Source: Thermoplasmata archaeon (lineage in GTDB: Archaea > Thermoplasmatota > E2 > DHVEG-1). Taken from it: a DNA stretch of 61,425 nt. Where the stretch lies: positions 1 to 61,425 of the forward strand of contig DQIQ01000005.1 of assembly GCA_003942085.1 (NCBI GenBank). Direction: 5' to 3'. Shown here piece after piece: positions 20,330-29,464 of this stretch (the first letter of the stretch is position 1; each line of letters begins with the position of its first letter). Position numbers and translations under genes: made by a program. A model generated the notes under the pieces. The model had not been told where the DNA came from. It saw only the letters and a program-made list of their open reading frames with translations, and searched no databases.

Positions 20330-20388
20330 TTTTTCACATTTCCGTTTAGTTCATTTATTCTTTTTTTCAATTCTTCAAATTTCCTCAT
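20326..20388 (-). CDS. 20-aa mini-ORF MRKFEELKKRINELNGNVKN, a copy of the CHASE4 protein tail
   Basis: Hand translation; ATG 1 nt after the upstream TAA; TGA overlaps the downstream TTG start. Confidence 0.5.
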   Translation of the reverse strand: MRKFEELKKRINELNGNVKN

Positions 20389-20389
20389 T

Positions 20390-20782
20390 TTACTCCTTAA
20401 ACCATGCAAGAGCATCTTCTTTTGAATTGAAAATTTTTATATTTTTATTCTTAGAAAAACCAATGACAAAAGACGCAATCACTCTGACAACAGGATTACT
20501 TCCATATATGGCGATTTTTCCGACCGATTCATCTTCCATCAATTTTGAGAACATCTTTCTTGCTTCCGGTGTTGGTTTCTTTGCCGCGTTGCTATTTACT
20601 AAGATTTTTATTTTCCCTTCATCATTTTTTTTAGCCATACCTAACATTTCCAAAAAAGCATCCCTTATTGCCAATGCATTTTGCTCATTGTATTCCCCGG
20701 CAATTTCGATATACAATATATCATCTTCATCATAACAAAATCTACTTTCGCCCACTTGCATTTCTTTTATTAATTCGTTCAA
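20390..20782 (-). CDS. STAS/SEC14 (SpoIIAA-like) small protein, copy 1
   Basis: C-terminal half nearly identical to 19937-20329 in protein and DNA. Confidence 0.75.
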   Translation of the reverse strand: MNELIKEMQVGESRFCYDEDDILYIEIAGEYNEQNALAIRDAFLEMLGMAKKNDEGKIKILVNSNAAKKPTPEARKMFSKLMEDESVGKIAIYGSNPVVRVIASFVIGFSKNKNIKIFNSKEDALAWFKE

Positions 20783-21996
20783 CTCTTCACTTTTCCAGCC
20801 AGTTCATTTATTCTTTTTTTCAATTCAATCATTTTCATTTCTCTTTCGATAGTCACTTTTTTAAAACGTTGAAGCTCATCAACTTTCTTCATAAGAGCAT
20901 CTGTCGAACCTTGCAAAGAGCGATGCGTTTCATCCAATTTCACTTGACTTTGTTGAAGCTGCAGAAGCATTTCATTTATTGTTTGAGTGAGCAGAGTGAT
21001 TTCATCGTTTCTCCCGCTACTCTTCACCCTGGAGGAGAAATCTTTGAGCTCACCGATGCTTTTAATTTGTTTTTTCAGACGATTCAACCGGGAGATGATT
21101 ATCCTGTCCACGAGAAGAACGATGGCACATGACACAACAACGATAACACCGACAATAATGACAAGGAATTGAATCATTGCATTTTGACCAAGGATGGCGG
21201 TTGATCGAGGACTATCTGTCCGTAAGATAATACCGGATTGCCCATAGATGTCTTTTAATGCTGTGTACCCTACGACAAATGTAGTGTTTAGTGGTCGAAC
21301 AACGATTGGGTTTTTTTCAGATAACAATGAAATCGCTTGCTGATAGTCTTTTGGTAATTGAGGATTGTCAATGAATTCAAATTGTATCGATAATTGGGTT
21401 GTTAAAGAGATTTCATTTATTTCTTCATCATTTAGATATATTCCAATGAGCAATGTTCCTTGGATTGGACCGTCCATATAATTGGTGAGAATAGGTCTGG
21501 ATGTAAGGATTACAGCCTGTTGTTGAAAGATAAGGATTCCACTGATTGTACTATTGAGTGTAGGATGCTCCAAGAGTATTGACCCAGAGCGAAGATGATC
21601 TATTAATTCTGGAGGGATAGGGGTCTCTTCGTTTTTTTGTAAATCAAATGCTTTACCGTAGATAATCTGATCTGAGGTGTTAATAAATATCATGAAATTG
21701 ATATTGAGGTTTGTGAATGTATTATCCATAAGATTATTTGCAATATATTCTGGGTTTTTTCCTTGAACGAAGGTATAGGTATCATTCCACTGTGCCCAAT
21801 CCCCTGCGATCGTATCAAGAGTATATTGTTCATTTGAAAAGGCATTAATTATTCTTTCAATGTTCTTTGTGATTATATCTTTTTCAATGATTTCAATAGA
21901 TTTGGTTAATACCAAATTTGACAGGAAGAATAAAATAGAAACTAAGCAAACGACTATTACTGTAATTGAAAATATGATTTTTCTACGAAGCATCAT
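20779..21996 (-). CDS. Membrane sensor TM-CHASE4-TM-HAMP-coiled coil, no catalytic output
   Basis: DWAQWNDTYTF (CHASE4), two TMs, HAMP (NDEITLLTQTINEML), tail EREMKMIELKKRINEL. Confidence 0.85.
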   Translation of the reverse strand: MMLRRKIIFSITVIVVCLVSILFFLSNLVLTKSIEIIEKDIITKNIERIINAFSNEQYTLDTIAGDWAQWNDTYTFVQGKNPEYIANNLMDNTFTNLNINFMIFINTSDQIIYGKAFDLQKNEETPIPPELIDHLRSGSILLEHPTLNSTISGILIFQQQAVILTSRPILTNYMDGPIQGTLLIGIYLNDEEINEISLTTQLSIQFEFIDNPQLPKDYQQAISLLSEKNPIVVRPLNTTFVVGYTALKDIYGQSGIILRTDSPRSTAILGQNAMIQFLVIIVGVIVVVSCAIVLLVDRIIISRLNRLKKQIKSIGELKDFSSRVKSSGRNDEITLLTQTINEMLLQLQQSQVKLDETHRSLQGSTDALMKKVDELQRFKKVTIEREMKMIELKKRINELAGKVKS

Positions 21997-24900
21997 GTTC
22001 TTTTCGACTCCTCTTGTAATTGCATGATTTTATTCTTCAATTCGACCATTTTTAGTTCTCTGTCGACCGTGACTTTTTTGAATCTCTCCAGTTCGTTTAT
22101 TTTTTCTTTTAACGCTTCTTCGGCTTTTTTATGTTCGGTGATATCGTGGACCATAATCATATCCGCAGATTTTCCGTGGTATGTAATAACATCTCCGCTG
22201 AGTTCAACATTTATCTTCCGGCCATCTTTGTGCACAAGCACTGAATCATATACTCCCGGGACATCTTCACCGGCCAAACGTCGTTTGTAGTATTCAACAA
22301 CCTTTGGAATTTCGTCAGGGTGGACGTAGTCAGACATCGGAGTACCAATAATCTCTGCAGGGTTGTAACCAAGTATGTTAAACGCTCGGGGATTGACGTA
22401 TTTGATGATGTTTTTGTCCTGTAAAATGACGATGGCGTCGTGAGCCCGCTCCACCACGTTACGGTATTTCTCCTCGCTCTCGTTTAGTTCTTTTTCCATT
22501 TTCTTGCGTTCGGTTATGTCTCTAATAACACCAAGCACAGTTATGGTTTTTCCAGCATCATTTTTCACAGGACTAAGAATTGAACTTGCCCAAAATTCAT
22601 TCTCACCAACAAACTGTTTTTCTTCAAATGAAAAAACTTGACCTGTTTTGAATACTTTTTTCACATTTTCGATATTTTTAGCAGCAATTTCTTTGGGGAA
22701 TAATTCAGAAATAGTTCTTCCAATTATTTCGTTTTGTGTTTTTCCAAAGAGCTCCAATGCGGCTCTATTTACGGATATCATTTTGAATTCATCATCAATC
22801 ATAACAATCTGATCGGAAGCATTTTCAACAAGAGATCTGTATTTCTCTTCGCTTTCTTTCAGCGAATCCTCCATTTTCTTCCGTTCAGAAATATCAACAG
22901 CAAAACCTCGAAAGCCAACAAATTTATTTTCTTTGAAAATTGGAACTGAATGAAATATCGCTGGGAAAGTCATTCCATCTTTCCTTTGAACTAAATATAC
23001 CTCCCCTGTTGTCGATTCACCATTCTGTATTTTCTGGATGACACTTTGTAGTTTCTCACGTTCGCAAGGAGCAATCATCTGAAAAATATTCAATCCCTTT
23101 TTGAAATCTTCCTGTGTGTACCCTAACGAAATAAAAGAAGCTTTATTAGTATAAGTTATATTCCCATGTTCATTGGTCTCGTAGACGATCTGTGGTAACG
23201 AATCCGCCAATTCACGATATTTTTTTTCACTTTGTAAGATAGCTTCCTCCGCTTGCTTGCGCTCGGTGATGTCTCGGATGACGCCCACGACGAACTTTTC
23301 GCCCGAGGGATTGACATACCTAGTCTTCCTTGTGACAATTTCCCTGACATCCCCGCCGCCGGTGGTAAGCTTTTCCTCGCACAGGTTCTCTTCGCCCGAA
23401 GATAAAACTTTGTTGTCCATCTCCAGGAAATGTTCCATCTCGCTTTCCAACAGAAATTCAGCGCCGGTCTTTCCTAACAACTCCTCGCGCGACTTCTTTA
23501 GGATTTTACAGAGGGCGTCGTTTACGGTAACAAATCGGCATTGGCCGTCTTTTACAAAGAGGGGGTCGCCGGCGGCATCTATGATGTTCATAAAATAGTC
23601 CCTTGACTTGTTTAAAAGATCTTCCATTTTCTTGCGCTCGGTGACGTCGGTATTCACGCCACGATAACCTAAAAGATTACCATCTTTATCCAGAAAAGGG
23701 AAAGTACATGTTTCCAACAACACAATTTTACCATTCTTGTGTACGTTTGCATATAAAACGTTTTTAGCGGGTTCTTTCGTCGTTAATTTTTCAATTCCTA
23801 CTTTCATTAATTGTTCTTTGATATCAGGGGTGAAAAAATCATACCAATATTTCTTTGTAACGATTTCTTCTGATTTGTAGCCAAGTATTTTTTCGACAGC
23901 TGGACTTGTGTATGTGAATAAACCTTTTACATCGATTTCCCAGATCCATTCACCGACATTTTCGGAAATATGTCTAAACCGTTCTTCACTGGTCTTGATA
24001 TTTTCTTCTGCTTTCTTCTGATCAGTAATGTCCCTACCGATTACTTGGACGGTTTTCTTCCCGTCGGAATATGTAATAGGGACGTAAATATTGTGAAAAT
24101 ACCTTTCCCCTCGTGCATCCTCTGTTTCTTGATTTTTCCCTTCATGCAATGCCTTTCTGGCAATGCTTGAGCGTTGTTCAGCGATTTCTTTTGGTAGAAT
24201 GCTTAGAATATTTTTACCAATCAACTTTTCAAGCGGAGCGCCCAGGCTTCTAGCCAGGGGTTCATTTGCAGATAGAATATTTCCTGCATCATCGGTTTCG
24301 ATGATTAAATTTGGAGACGAATCAAACAACTTTTTATATTTTTCTTGAGACGCTTGGAGTTCTTGCTCAGCCTTCTTCCGCTCGGTGATGTCATGACCAT
24401 AAACATTTGCATATCCGGCTTCTATAATAGGTGCAATGACAAACGAAAAAACCTTGCCACTAGCATCTTCTTCTTCTTCTTCTTCTGCTTTTATTTTTCC
24501 AGATTTTAAAGAATTCTCAATGAAATGACGCCACCGCTCGGGAGCAACATCACCAACATTTGATTTCCATTTTGCAAGTAGTCCAACGCTCGCATCGTTC
24601 GCATACAAGATTTTTCCATCTTTTGAAATACGCAACACAGGATAAGGATTTTCAGCAGGCAATCTGGCTAAATTACGTATTTCTTTTTCTGCATTTTTTT
24701 CTTTGGTGATATCAACAAATGTTATCGCAAAAAAATCTTCTTTTATTGAATAAGAATCCATTTTTAGATATTTGTTATAAAATGGGGTATAATCTACCCA
24801 ACTGTATGGTTTTCCTGTAATAACTGAGCTTCCATTCATCTCAGCATATTTTTTTCCTGCGTCCTTACCAATGAGATCTGTCGCAGTCTTGTTTATTAAA

Positions 24901-25664
24901 GTTTCAGGTTTACAACCAAGATGTCTTTCTACCGCAGGGTTGGCAGAAATATGGATGTAATCTATGGGTCTGCCTTTTTCATCTTTAATCAATTTACAGA
25001 TGACGATACCATTCTGGGAATTTTCAAACAATTTACCTAATTTTTCTTCACTTTCTTTTAAAGCTTTTTCTATTTTCTTTCGGTCAGTAATATCATGGCC
25101 AATCCCTTGAATAGCATACGGTTTTCCATTGTGATACAATATTTCTGCTGTTGTTTCTATATCGACGGTAGCGCCATTTTTGGTTTTTACTCTGTATTCC
25201 ATTGGTTCTTTTTGATGGCCATATTTTCTGATTTCTCTATTAGTTTTTATTGCTTTCAAAAGTTGGCCTTTGTCGAGCAATGTAGAAAAATTTATTGAAT
25301 TGAGTTCCTCTTTCCCATAACCAAATAGTTTGAATGCCGCAGGGTTAGCATCAATGAATCTTCCTTTGAAATCGTAGAGATATACCAATTCAAATGTACT
25401 GTTAAATAATGCTTGATACCGTTCTTTCATCTCCTGCAGAGCCGCTGCGATTTGCTTATGTTCATCGATGAACCCCGGCGCATCTTTATCCAATGCATCG
25501 GTCTTTTGTAAATCCTTAATAGAATTAACGCTATCGTCTAGTGCACCCTCTGGCATTGTGTCCTGCAGTTCAATTTCTTCACTACTGCTTTGTTCGCTAA
25601 AGAGAAGTTTTCCTTGCTTTTCCTCTTCTTTTAACTGTTTGACAATATCGGGTTCATCATTCAT
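21993..25664 (-). CDS. Cytoplasmic nine-PAS sensor, no catalytic output
   Basis: Nine PAS/PAC units ending in DITxRK-type motifs; tail DRELKMVELKNKI; likely start MNDEP after GGAG. Confidence 0.88.
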   Translation of the reverse strand: MNDEPDIVKQLKEEEKQGKLLFSEQSSSEEIELQDTMPEGALDDSVNSIKDLQKTDALDKDAPGFIDEHKQIAAALQEMKERYQALFNSTFELVYLYDFKGRFIDANPAAFKLFGYGKEELNSINFSTLLDKGQLLKAIKTNREIRKYGHQKEPMEYRVKTKNGATVDIETTAEILYHNGKPYAIQGIGHDITDRKKIEKALKESEEKLGKLFENSQNGIVICKLIKDEKGRPIDYIHISANPAVERHLGCKPETLINKTATDLIGKDAGKKYAEMNGSSVITGKPYSWVDYTPFYNKYLKMDSYSIKEDFFAITFVDITKEKNAEKEIRNLARLPAENPYPVLRISKDGKILYANDASVGLLAKWKSNVGDVAPERWRHFIENSLKSGKIKAEEEEEEDASGKVFSFVIAPIIEAGYANVYGHDITERKKAEQELQASQEKYKKLFDSSPNLIIETDDAGNILSANEPLARSLGAPLEKLIGKNILSILPKEIAEQRSSIARKALHEGKNQETEDARGERYFHNIYVPITYSDGKKTVQVIGRDITDQKKAEENIKTSEERFRHISENVGEWIWEIDVKGLFTYTSPAVEKILGYKSEEIVTKKYWYDFFTPDIKEQLMKVGIEKLTTKEPAKNVLYANVHKNGKIVLLETCTFPFLDKDGNLLGYRGVNTDVTERKKMEDLLNKSRDYFMNIIDAAGDPLFVKDGQCRFVTVNDALCKILKKSREELLGKTGAEFLLESEMEHFLEMDNKVLSSGEENLCEEKLTTGGGDVREIVTRKTRYVNPSGEKFVVGVIRDITERKQAEEAILQSEKKYRELADSLPQIVYETNEHGNITYTNKASFISLGYTQEDFKKGLNIFQMIAPCEREKLQSVIQKIQNGESTTGEVYLVQRKDGMTFPAIFHSVPIFKENKFVGFRGFAVDISERKKMEDSLKESEEKYRSLVENASDQIVMIDDEFKMISVNRAALELFGKTQNEIIGRTISELFPKEIAAKNIENVKKVFKTGQVFSFEEKQFVGENEFWASSILSPVKNDAGKTITVLGVIRDITERKKMEKELNESEEKYRNVVERAHDAIVILQDKNIIKYVNPRAFNILGYNPAEIIGTPMSDYVHPDEIPKVVEYYKRRLAGEDVPGVYDSVLVHKDGRKINVELSGDVITYHGKSADMIMVHDITEHKKAEEALKEKINELERFKKVTVDRELKMVELKNKIMQLQEESKRT

Positions 25665-25795
25665 TGGCCAGCTCCGCAGCATATTTATAAAAAAATCCTA
25701 TCGGTACGGCAACAGTGATGTAGCTATCAACAAATATATGCATTAGTGCATCATCCTTCACCTAGACCCTCCTAGCGAGTCCGTTTAGATGTAAC

Positions 25796-25844
25796 ATTAC
25801 ATAAACATTACATTGGAATTACAAATCTTTTGTTAGTATTTAAA
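25796..25844 (-). promoter_or_regulatory. Promoter: TATA box TTTAAATA plus three phased ATTAC boxes
   Basis: ATTAC at 25796, 25807, 25818; TATA at 25837-25844 (minus). Confidence 0.7.
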
Positions 25845-25980
25845 TATATATGATATAAACGAAAAACAGCCTCTCGGGGGAGATGGTTCGATAAGGGCGA
25901 AATGAAAAATTTAAGACCTCTACGTCATCAGAATTCTCATGTCAATTTCTACTCCAATGACATCAATAATTCGATTCGTT

Positions 25981-26032
25981 GAAGAGAGAAAAAAAAGGAA
26001 GGTACCATTGGGTGGGAGATAACTTTCCCCAA
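25981..26032 (-). terminator. Hairpin plus pyrimidine/U-tract after ORF 26040-26441
   Basis: Imperfect stem-loop TTGGGTGGGAG-ATAA-CTTTCCCCAA (26008-26032) followed on the minus strand by CCTTCCTTTTTTTTCTCTC. Confidence 0.45.
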
Positions 26033-26039
26033 GGGCACT

Positions 26040-26441
26040 CTAAATCCAAGATGGACTTGTTCGGATGATCGTTTTCATTGGGTCATTTTTCTTACAAAGA
26101 GATGTTATTTTAAAAAAAACGCCGTCGGTCGATATTCCTGCTGCACCAGGGGAGAGGATGCGATCTACCAATTGTGGAGTAGAGATATGAGATTCAATTA
26201 CAAAAAAGAGGTTCGTTGTCCAGAGTATGGACTCTGAACAAAATACACTCCATCTATTTTTGATGCGAAAGCAGTCAATATCTTGGACACCTTCTAAATA
26301 GGTTACATCATCCAGTCGAGTCGTATTGTCAGCAGTTTTCTCCCAAATTCCCGTAGGCTGAGGTCTAACAAAAACAGTCATTGTGTAAGCGTTGGATTCG
26401 TTAATCGTGTCAATTTTTTGATCAGGCATCCGTCGTTTCAC
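26040..26441 (-). CDS. Hypothetical protein (unrecognised ORF)
   Basis: 133 aa ORF flanked by an ATTAC/TATA promoter and a terminator-like element; no recognisable domain. Confidence 0.4.
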   Translation of the reverse strand: MKRRMPDQKIDTINESNAYTMTVFVRPQPTGIWEKTADNTTRLDDVTYLEGVQDIDCFRIKNRWSVFCSESILWTTNLFFVIESHISTPQLVDRILSPGAAGISTDGVFFKITSLCKKNDPMKTIIRTSPSWI

Positions 26442-26468
26442 GTTCCATCCTTTTTACGTTCTTTTCAC

Positions 26469-26517
26469 ATTACCAAAAAATTACAATTAAATTACGAATC
26501 TCTTTTTAACATTTAAA
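26469..26517 (-). promoter_or_regulatory. Promoter: TATA box TTTAAATG plus three phased ATTAC boxes
   Basis: ATTAC at 26469, 26480, 26491; TATA at 26510-26517. Confidence 0.7.
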
Positions 26518-26637
26518 TCTTATGGTTTTTTTTATAAAAAAGGGGAAAATTTTTACCGCTTTATTTTCTGCATACTTTTTCAAGTTATCGATCTATTTGA
26601 GGACACCAATTACAAAAAGACCCGAAACTTTAGTGGT

Positions 26638-28188
26638 TTATTTCCATTTTCTTATGATCACAATAATTATAATAACTATTACTATCAAGAAGGCAAAAAT
26701 GACCACATTGAACAGTGGGTTCTTTTCTCCAGCACCATTTGGTTCGCCTGGACCAACAATAACGGTAAGATATTTTGATACCGTGCTTGAAGCACCATCA
26801 TTATCAGTAACTTTTAAGGTAACCGTGCGAGTTCCTCCGGTCATGTATTGATGAGGAGGATTTTTTTCAGCTGAAGAGGTTTTATCTCCGAAATCCCACA
26901 ACCATGAAACAATGGTTCCATCTCCGTCGGTTGAGGTATCAATAAAGAGAATCGTGTCATTCACGACGACAAGAATATTAGGCGATGAATAAGAAAAGCT
27001 GACTGCTGGTCCAACATTTGAAACAGATATCTGCTGAGATTTTGTACTCGCATCCCTGTCATCATCGGTGATATTTAATCTAACCGTGTAGATTCCGTTA
27101 TCGTTAAACTTATGTGTCGGGTTCTGCAATGGAGAAGTAAATCCATCTCCGAAATCCCATAACCAGACGACAATATTTCCATCCAAATCAACCGAGGTAT
27201 CTTTAAAAGTCACGATCTGTAGATCAGAAGGATTTAATGGAGAGAAGATAAAATTTGGGGCTGGTCTTCCATTGAGAACGATAATTTTCTGAGATGTTAT
27301 ATTTGCCACCCCATATTCATCCGTGACATTCAGGGTCACAATGTATGTTCCATTGTCAATATAGCGGTGAGTTGGGCCCTGCCCCGTTGATGCTGTTCCA
27401 TCGCCAAAATTCCAGGTGTACTTTACAATGTTCCCTTCAAGGACCGTTGATGTATCAGTAAATCGAATAACATCTAGAGTCGTTGGCTTGGAAGGCACAA
27501 ACGTAAAGCCAGCAACCGGTGACTCGTTAAACGGCTTCATCATCGGATATCGGTCCTTATTGCTCCCACCAGATATCGTGTAAGGCGTGTCTCCAAATCC
27601 ATCGCTGTTTGCATTGTTTCCTGTATAATCACTCCAGTAGTTTCCACCAAAAACGGCGCCATCATCCCAACTGTTACTTCCTTGATCATAGGCGTTTTGC
27701 GTGTTGTGGAGTAAATTGTTCCGATAGATTGTATTGTTGTGAGACAAACTTTCGATAAAAATCCCGTAAGCCGTGTCTCTGATAGTATTGTCTTTGATTG
27801 TCACATTGCTTGCGTTGTGTATTCTTATACCGTCGATACCATGTTGAATCCGAAAACCACTCAGGTTGACATCATCAACAGAAATATCCACAACATTTCC
27901 ACTCCCACCACCGTCGATAATCGTCGGTGGGTTCTTGCTACAAAATAAGTTGATCGCTTTGTCAATTTCTATCTTTGCATAATACGTGCCGCTGTACACA
28001 AAGACAGTATCACCAGTCACTGTATGATCGATCGCATCTTGGATTTTAATATAATTTGCGCCACCATTGCAATTAACGTAAATTGTTAGGCCCACAGCTT
28101 GCACCCGGTTCACTGAAAAAACACCGATAAGGGAAGAGAGCAGAATAAAGCTCATTACAGCAATAGAAATCTTCTTTTTTATAGACAT
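26638..28188 (-). CDS. Cell-surface protein: beta-helix (NosD/CASH) plus three PKD domains plus TM anchor
   Basis: GNYWSDY, three W[ND]FGD PKD motifs, signal peptide, C-terminal TM with basic tail. Confidence 0.9.
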   Translation of the reverse strand: MSIKKKISIAVMSFILLSSLIGVFSVNRVQAVGLTIYVNCNGGANYIKIQDAIDHTVTGDTVFVYSGTYYAKIEIDKAINLFCSKNPPTIIDGGGSGNVVDISVDDVNLSGFRIQHGIDGIRIHNASNVTIKDNTIRDTAYGIFIESLSHNNTIYRNNLLHNTQNAYDQGSNSWDDGAVFGGNYWSDYTGNNANSDGFGDTPYTISGGSNKDRYPMMKPFNESPVAGFTFVPSKPTTLDVIRFTDTSTVLEGNIVKYTWNFGDGTASTGQGPTHRYIDNGTYIVTLNVTDEYGVANITSQKIIVLNGRPAPNFIFSPLNPSDLQIVTFKDTSVDLDGNIVVWLWDFGDGFTSPLQNPTHKFNDNGIYTVRLNITDDDRDASTKSQQISVSNVGPAVSFSYSSPNILVVVNDTILFIDTSTDGDGTIVSWLWDFGDKTSSAEKNPPHQYMTGGTRTVTLKVTDNDGASSTVSKYLTVIVGPGEPNGAGEKNPLFNVVIFAFLIVIVIIIIVIIRKWK

Positions 28189-28305
28189 GGTCCAATCATT
28201 CCAAGGAGATTAAAAAATTAATAATCACCTTTTCTTTCCATATCATATTCCACTTTGAGTTGAGGCTCGATCAAAGTCAATGCCATGATTGCTTTTTTCC
28301 ATTCA

Positions 28306-28863
28306 TTATATTTTCACAATCCGATCACATAGTTGAGCAATTTCTGCATAGATATATTTGTCTGCTTCACCTTTCAGAGAGACAAGCAGACCATTGACCT
28401 CATCAATCCTCATTTTAGTCAAAATCCCGTGTATGAACTGAGCAAAAACCTCAGGTTTGTTATGAATAAGCATGCTATTAATAGTGTCAATAAAAACAAA
28501 TTTATCCCCCGGGATTCTCTGTGTACTCTCTGTTATTGCGATAGAAATATTTGTCAGATCAGATACTGATTCAAGATATAAAACATTGTCAGCCTCTTCA
28601 AGATTCATACTCTGACTTTTTGAGATACAGTCAAGAATGAGAATTTTTTTTATATCGATGTTGTTTTGTTGATAGAGTTGCACTAAATTCTTTTGAGGTC
28701 TGCTTGCCAGCACGATAATTCCAATGTATTTTTTTTCGGCGGATAAATATTTTATTGTCGACAAAGAAACCTCTAACATCTTCTCTGCAGAAGTTTCTAG
28801 CATCACAATCCAACCTTTTGGTAGATTGTTCAGTTCTTTAGAAATTTTTTCGATATCATTCAT
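28306..28863 (-). CDS. Inactive KaiC/RecA-fold protein
   Basis: RP, ILDCIS, FVFIDTINSMLIHN; no Walker A; start overlaps upstream stop. Confidence 0.75.
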   Translation of the reverse strand: MNDIEKISKELNNLPKGWIVMLETSAEKMLEVSLSTIKYLSAEKKYIGIIVLASRPQKNLVQLYQQNNIDIKKILILDCISKSQSMNLEEADNVLYLESVSDLTNISIAITESTQRIPGDKFVFIDTINSMLIHNKPEVFAQFIHGILTKMRIDEVNGLLVSLKGEADKYIYAEIAQLCDRIVKI

Positions 28864-29443
28864 TTTCTTCAACACTTATGACATGGTCAACATGAAAGGC
28901 TACATTTCTGATGAATTTTTTTTGAACAAGGTCCTTTGCTACATTAAAAACGAGGAGAACTTTTTCCTCGTTTTCTTTCCGTACAGTTTCCATTAAGAAC
29001 TCAGAAAATCTCATGATTTCTGATAAGGGTTTATACAGAGCCATTGTAGTTAAGGAATCAATAAAGATGAACTTTTTTTGGGTTTTTAATTTTGGTAAAG
29101 ACTGATAGATAGCTTTTACCAATTCATCAATATCCAGTTCCTGCGAAATATGAACACAACGAGCATCAACATTTTGCTGCCTACCAGAAAGCGCAGAAGC
29201 AGCATCGATAAATAAAAGGTTATTTACATCTATCCCCTCGGATTCGAAAAAGGAAGAAACATTTTTAAAAGGTCTCTGAAAGCTAATATATATTCCTTGA
29301 AAACCTTGATTCATCAATAGTTTAATCGTAGAAGAATTCACTTCAAAATAAGCATTTATCGGAAGCTCAATCATGATTATAGCGCCATGTTTGTCCATCT
29401 GTATCGCTTGTTCAATAGATTTTGTTGTTTCATCTTTTAACAT
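28856..29443 (-). CDS. Inactive KaiC/RecA-fold protein
   Basis: GIYISFQRP, FIDAAS, FIFIDSLTTMALY; no Walker A. Confidence 0.75.
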   Translation of the reverse strand: MLKDETTKSIEQAIQMDKHGAIIMIELPINAYFEVNSSTIKLLMNQGFQGIYISFQRPFKNVSSFFESEGIDVNNLLFIDAASALSGRQQNVDARCVHISQELDIDELVKAIYQSLPKLKTQKKFIFIDSLTTMALYKPLSEIMRFSEFLMETVRKENEEKVLLVFNVAKDLVQKKFIRNVAFHVDHVISVEENE

Positions 29444-29464
29444 TATATCACGTTGAGAAATTTT

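Noticed and set aside
26522-26851. 109-aa plus-strand ORF
   Set aside because: Largely antisense to the TM anchor of the PKD protein; hydrophobicity is a mirror artefact
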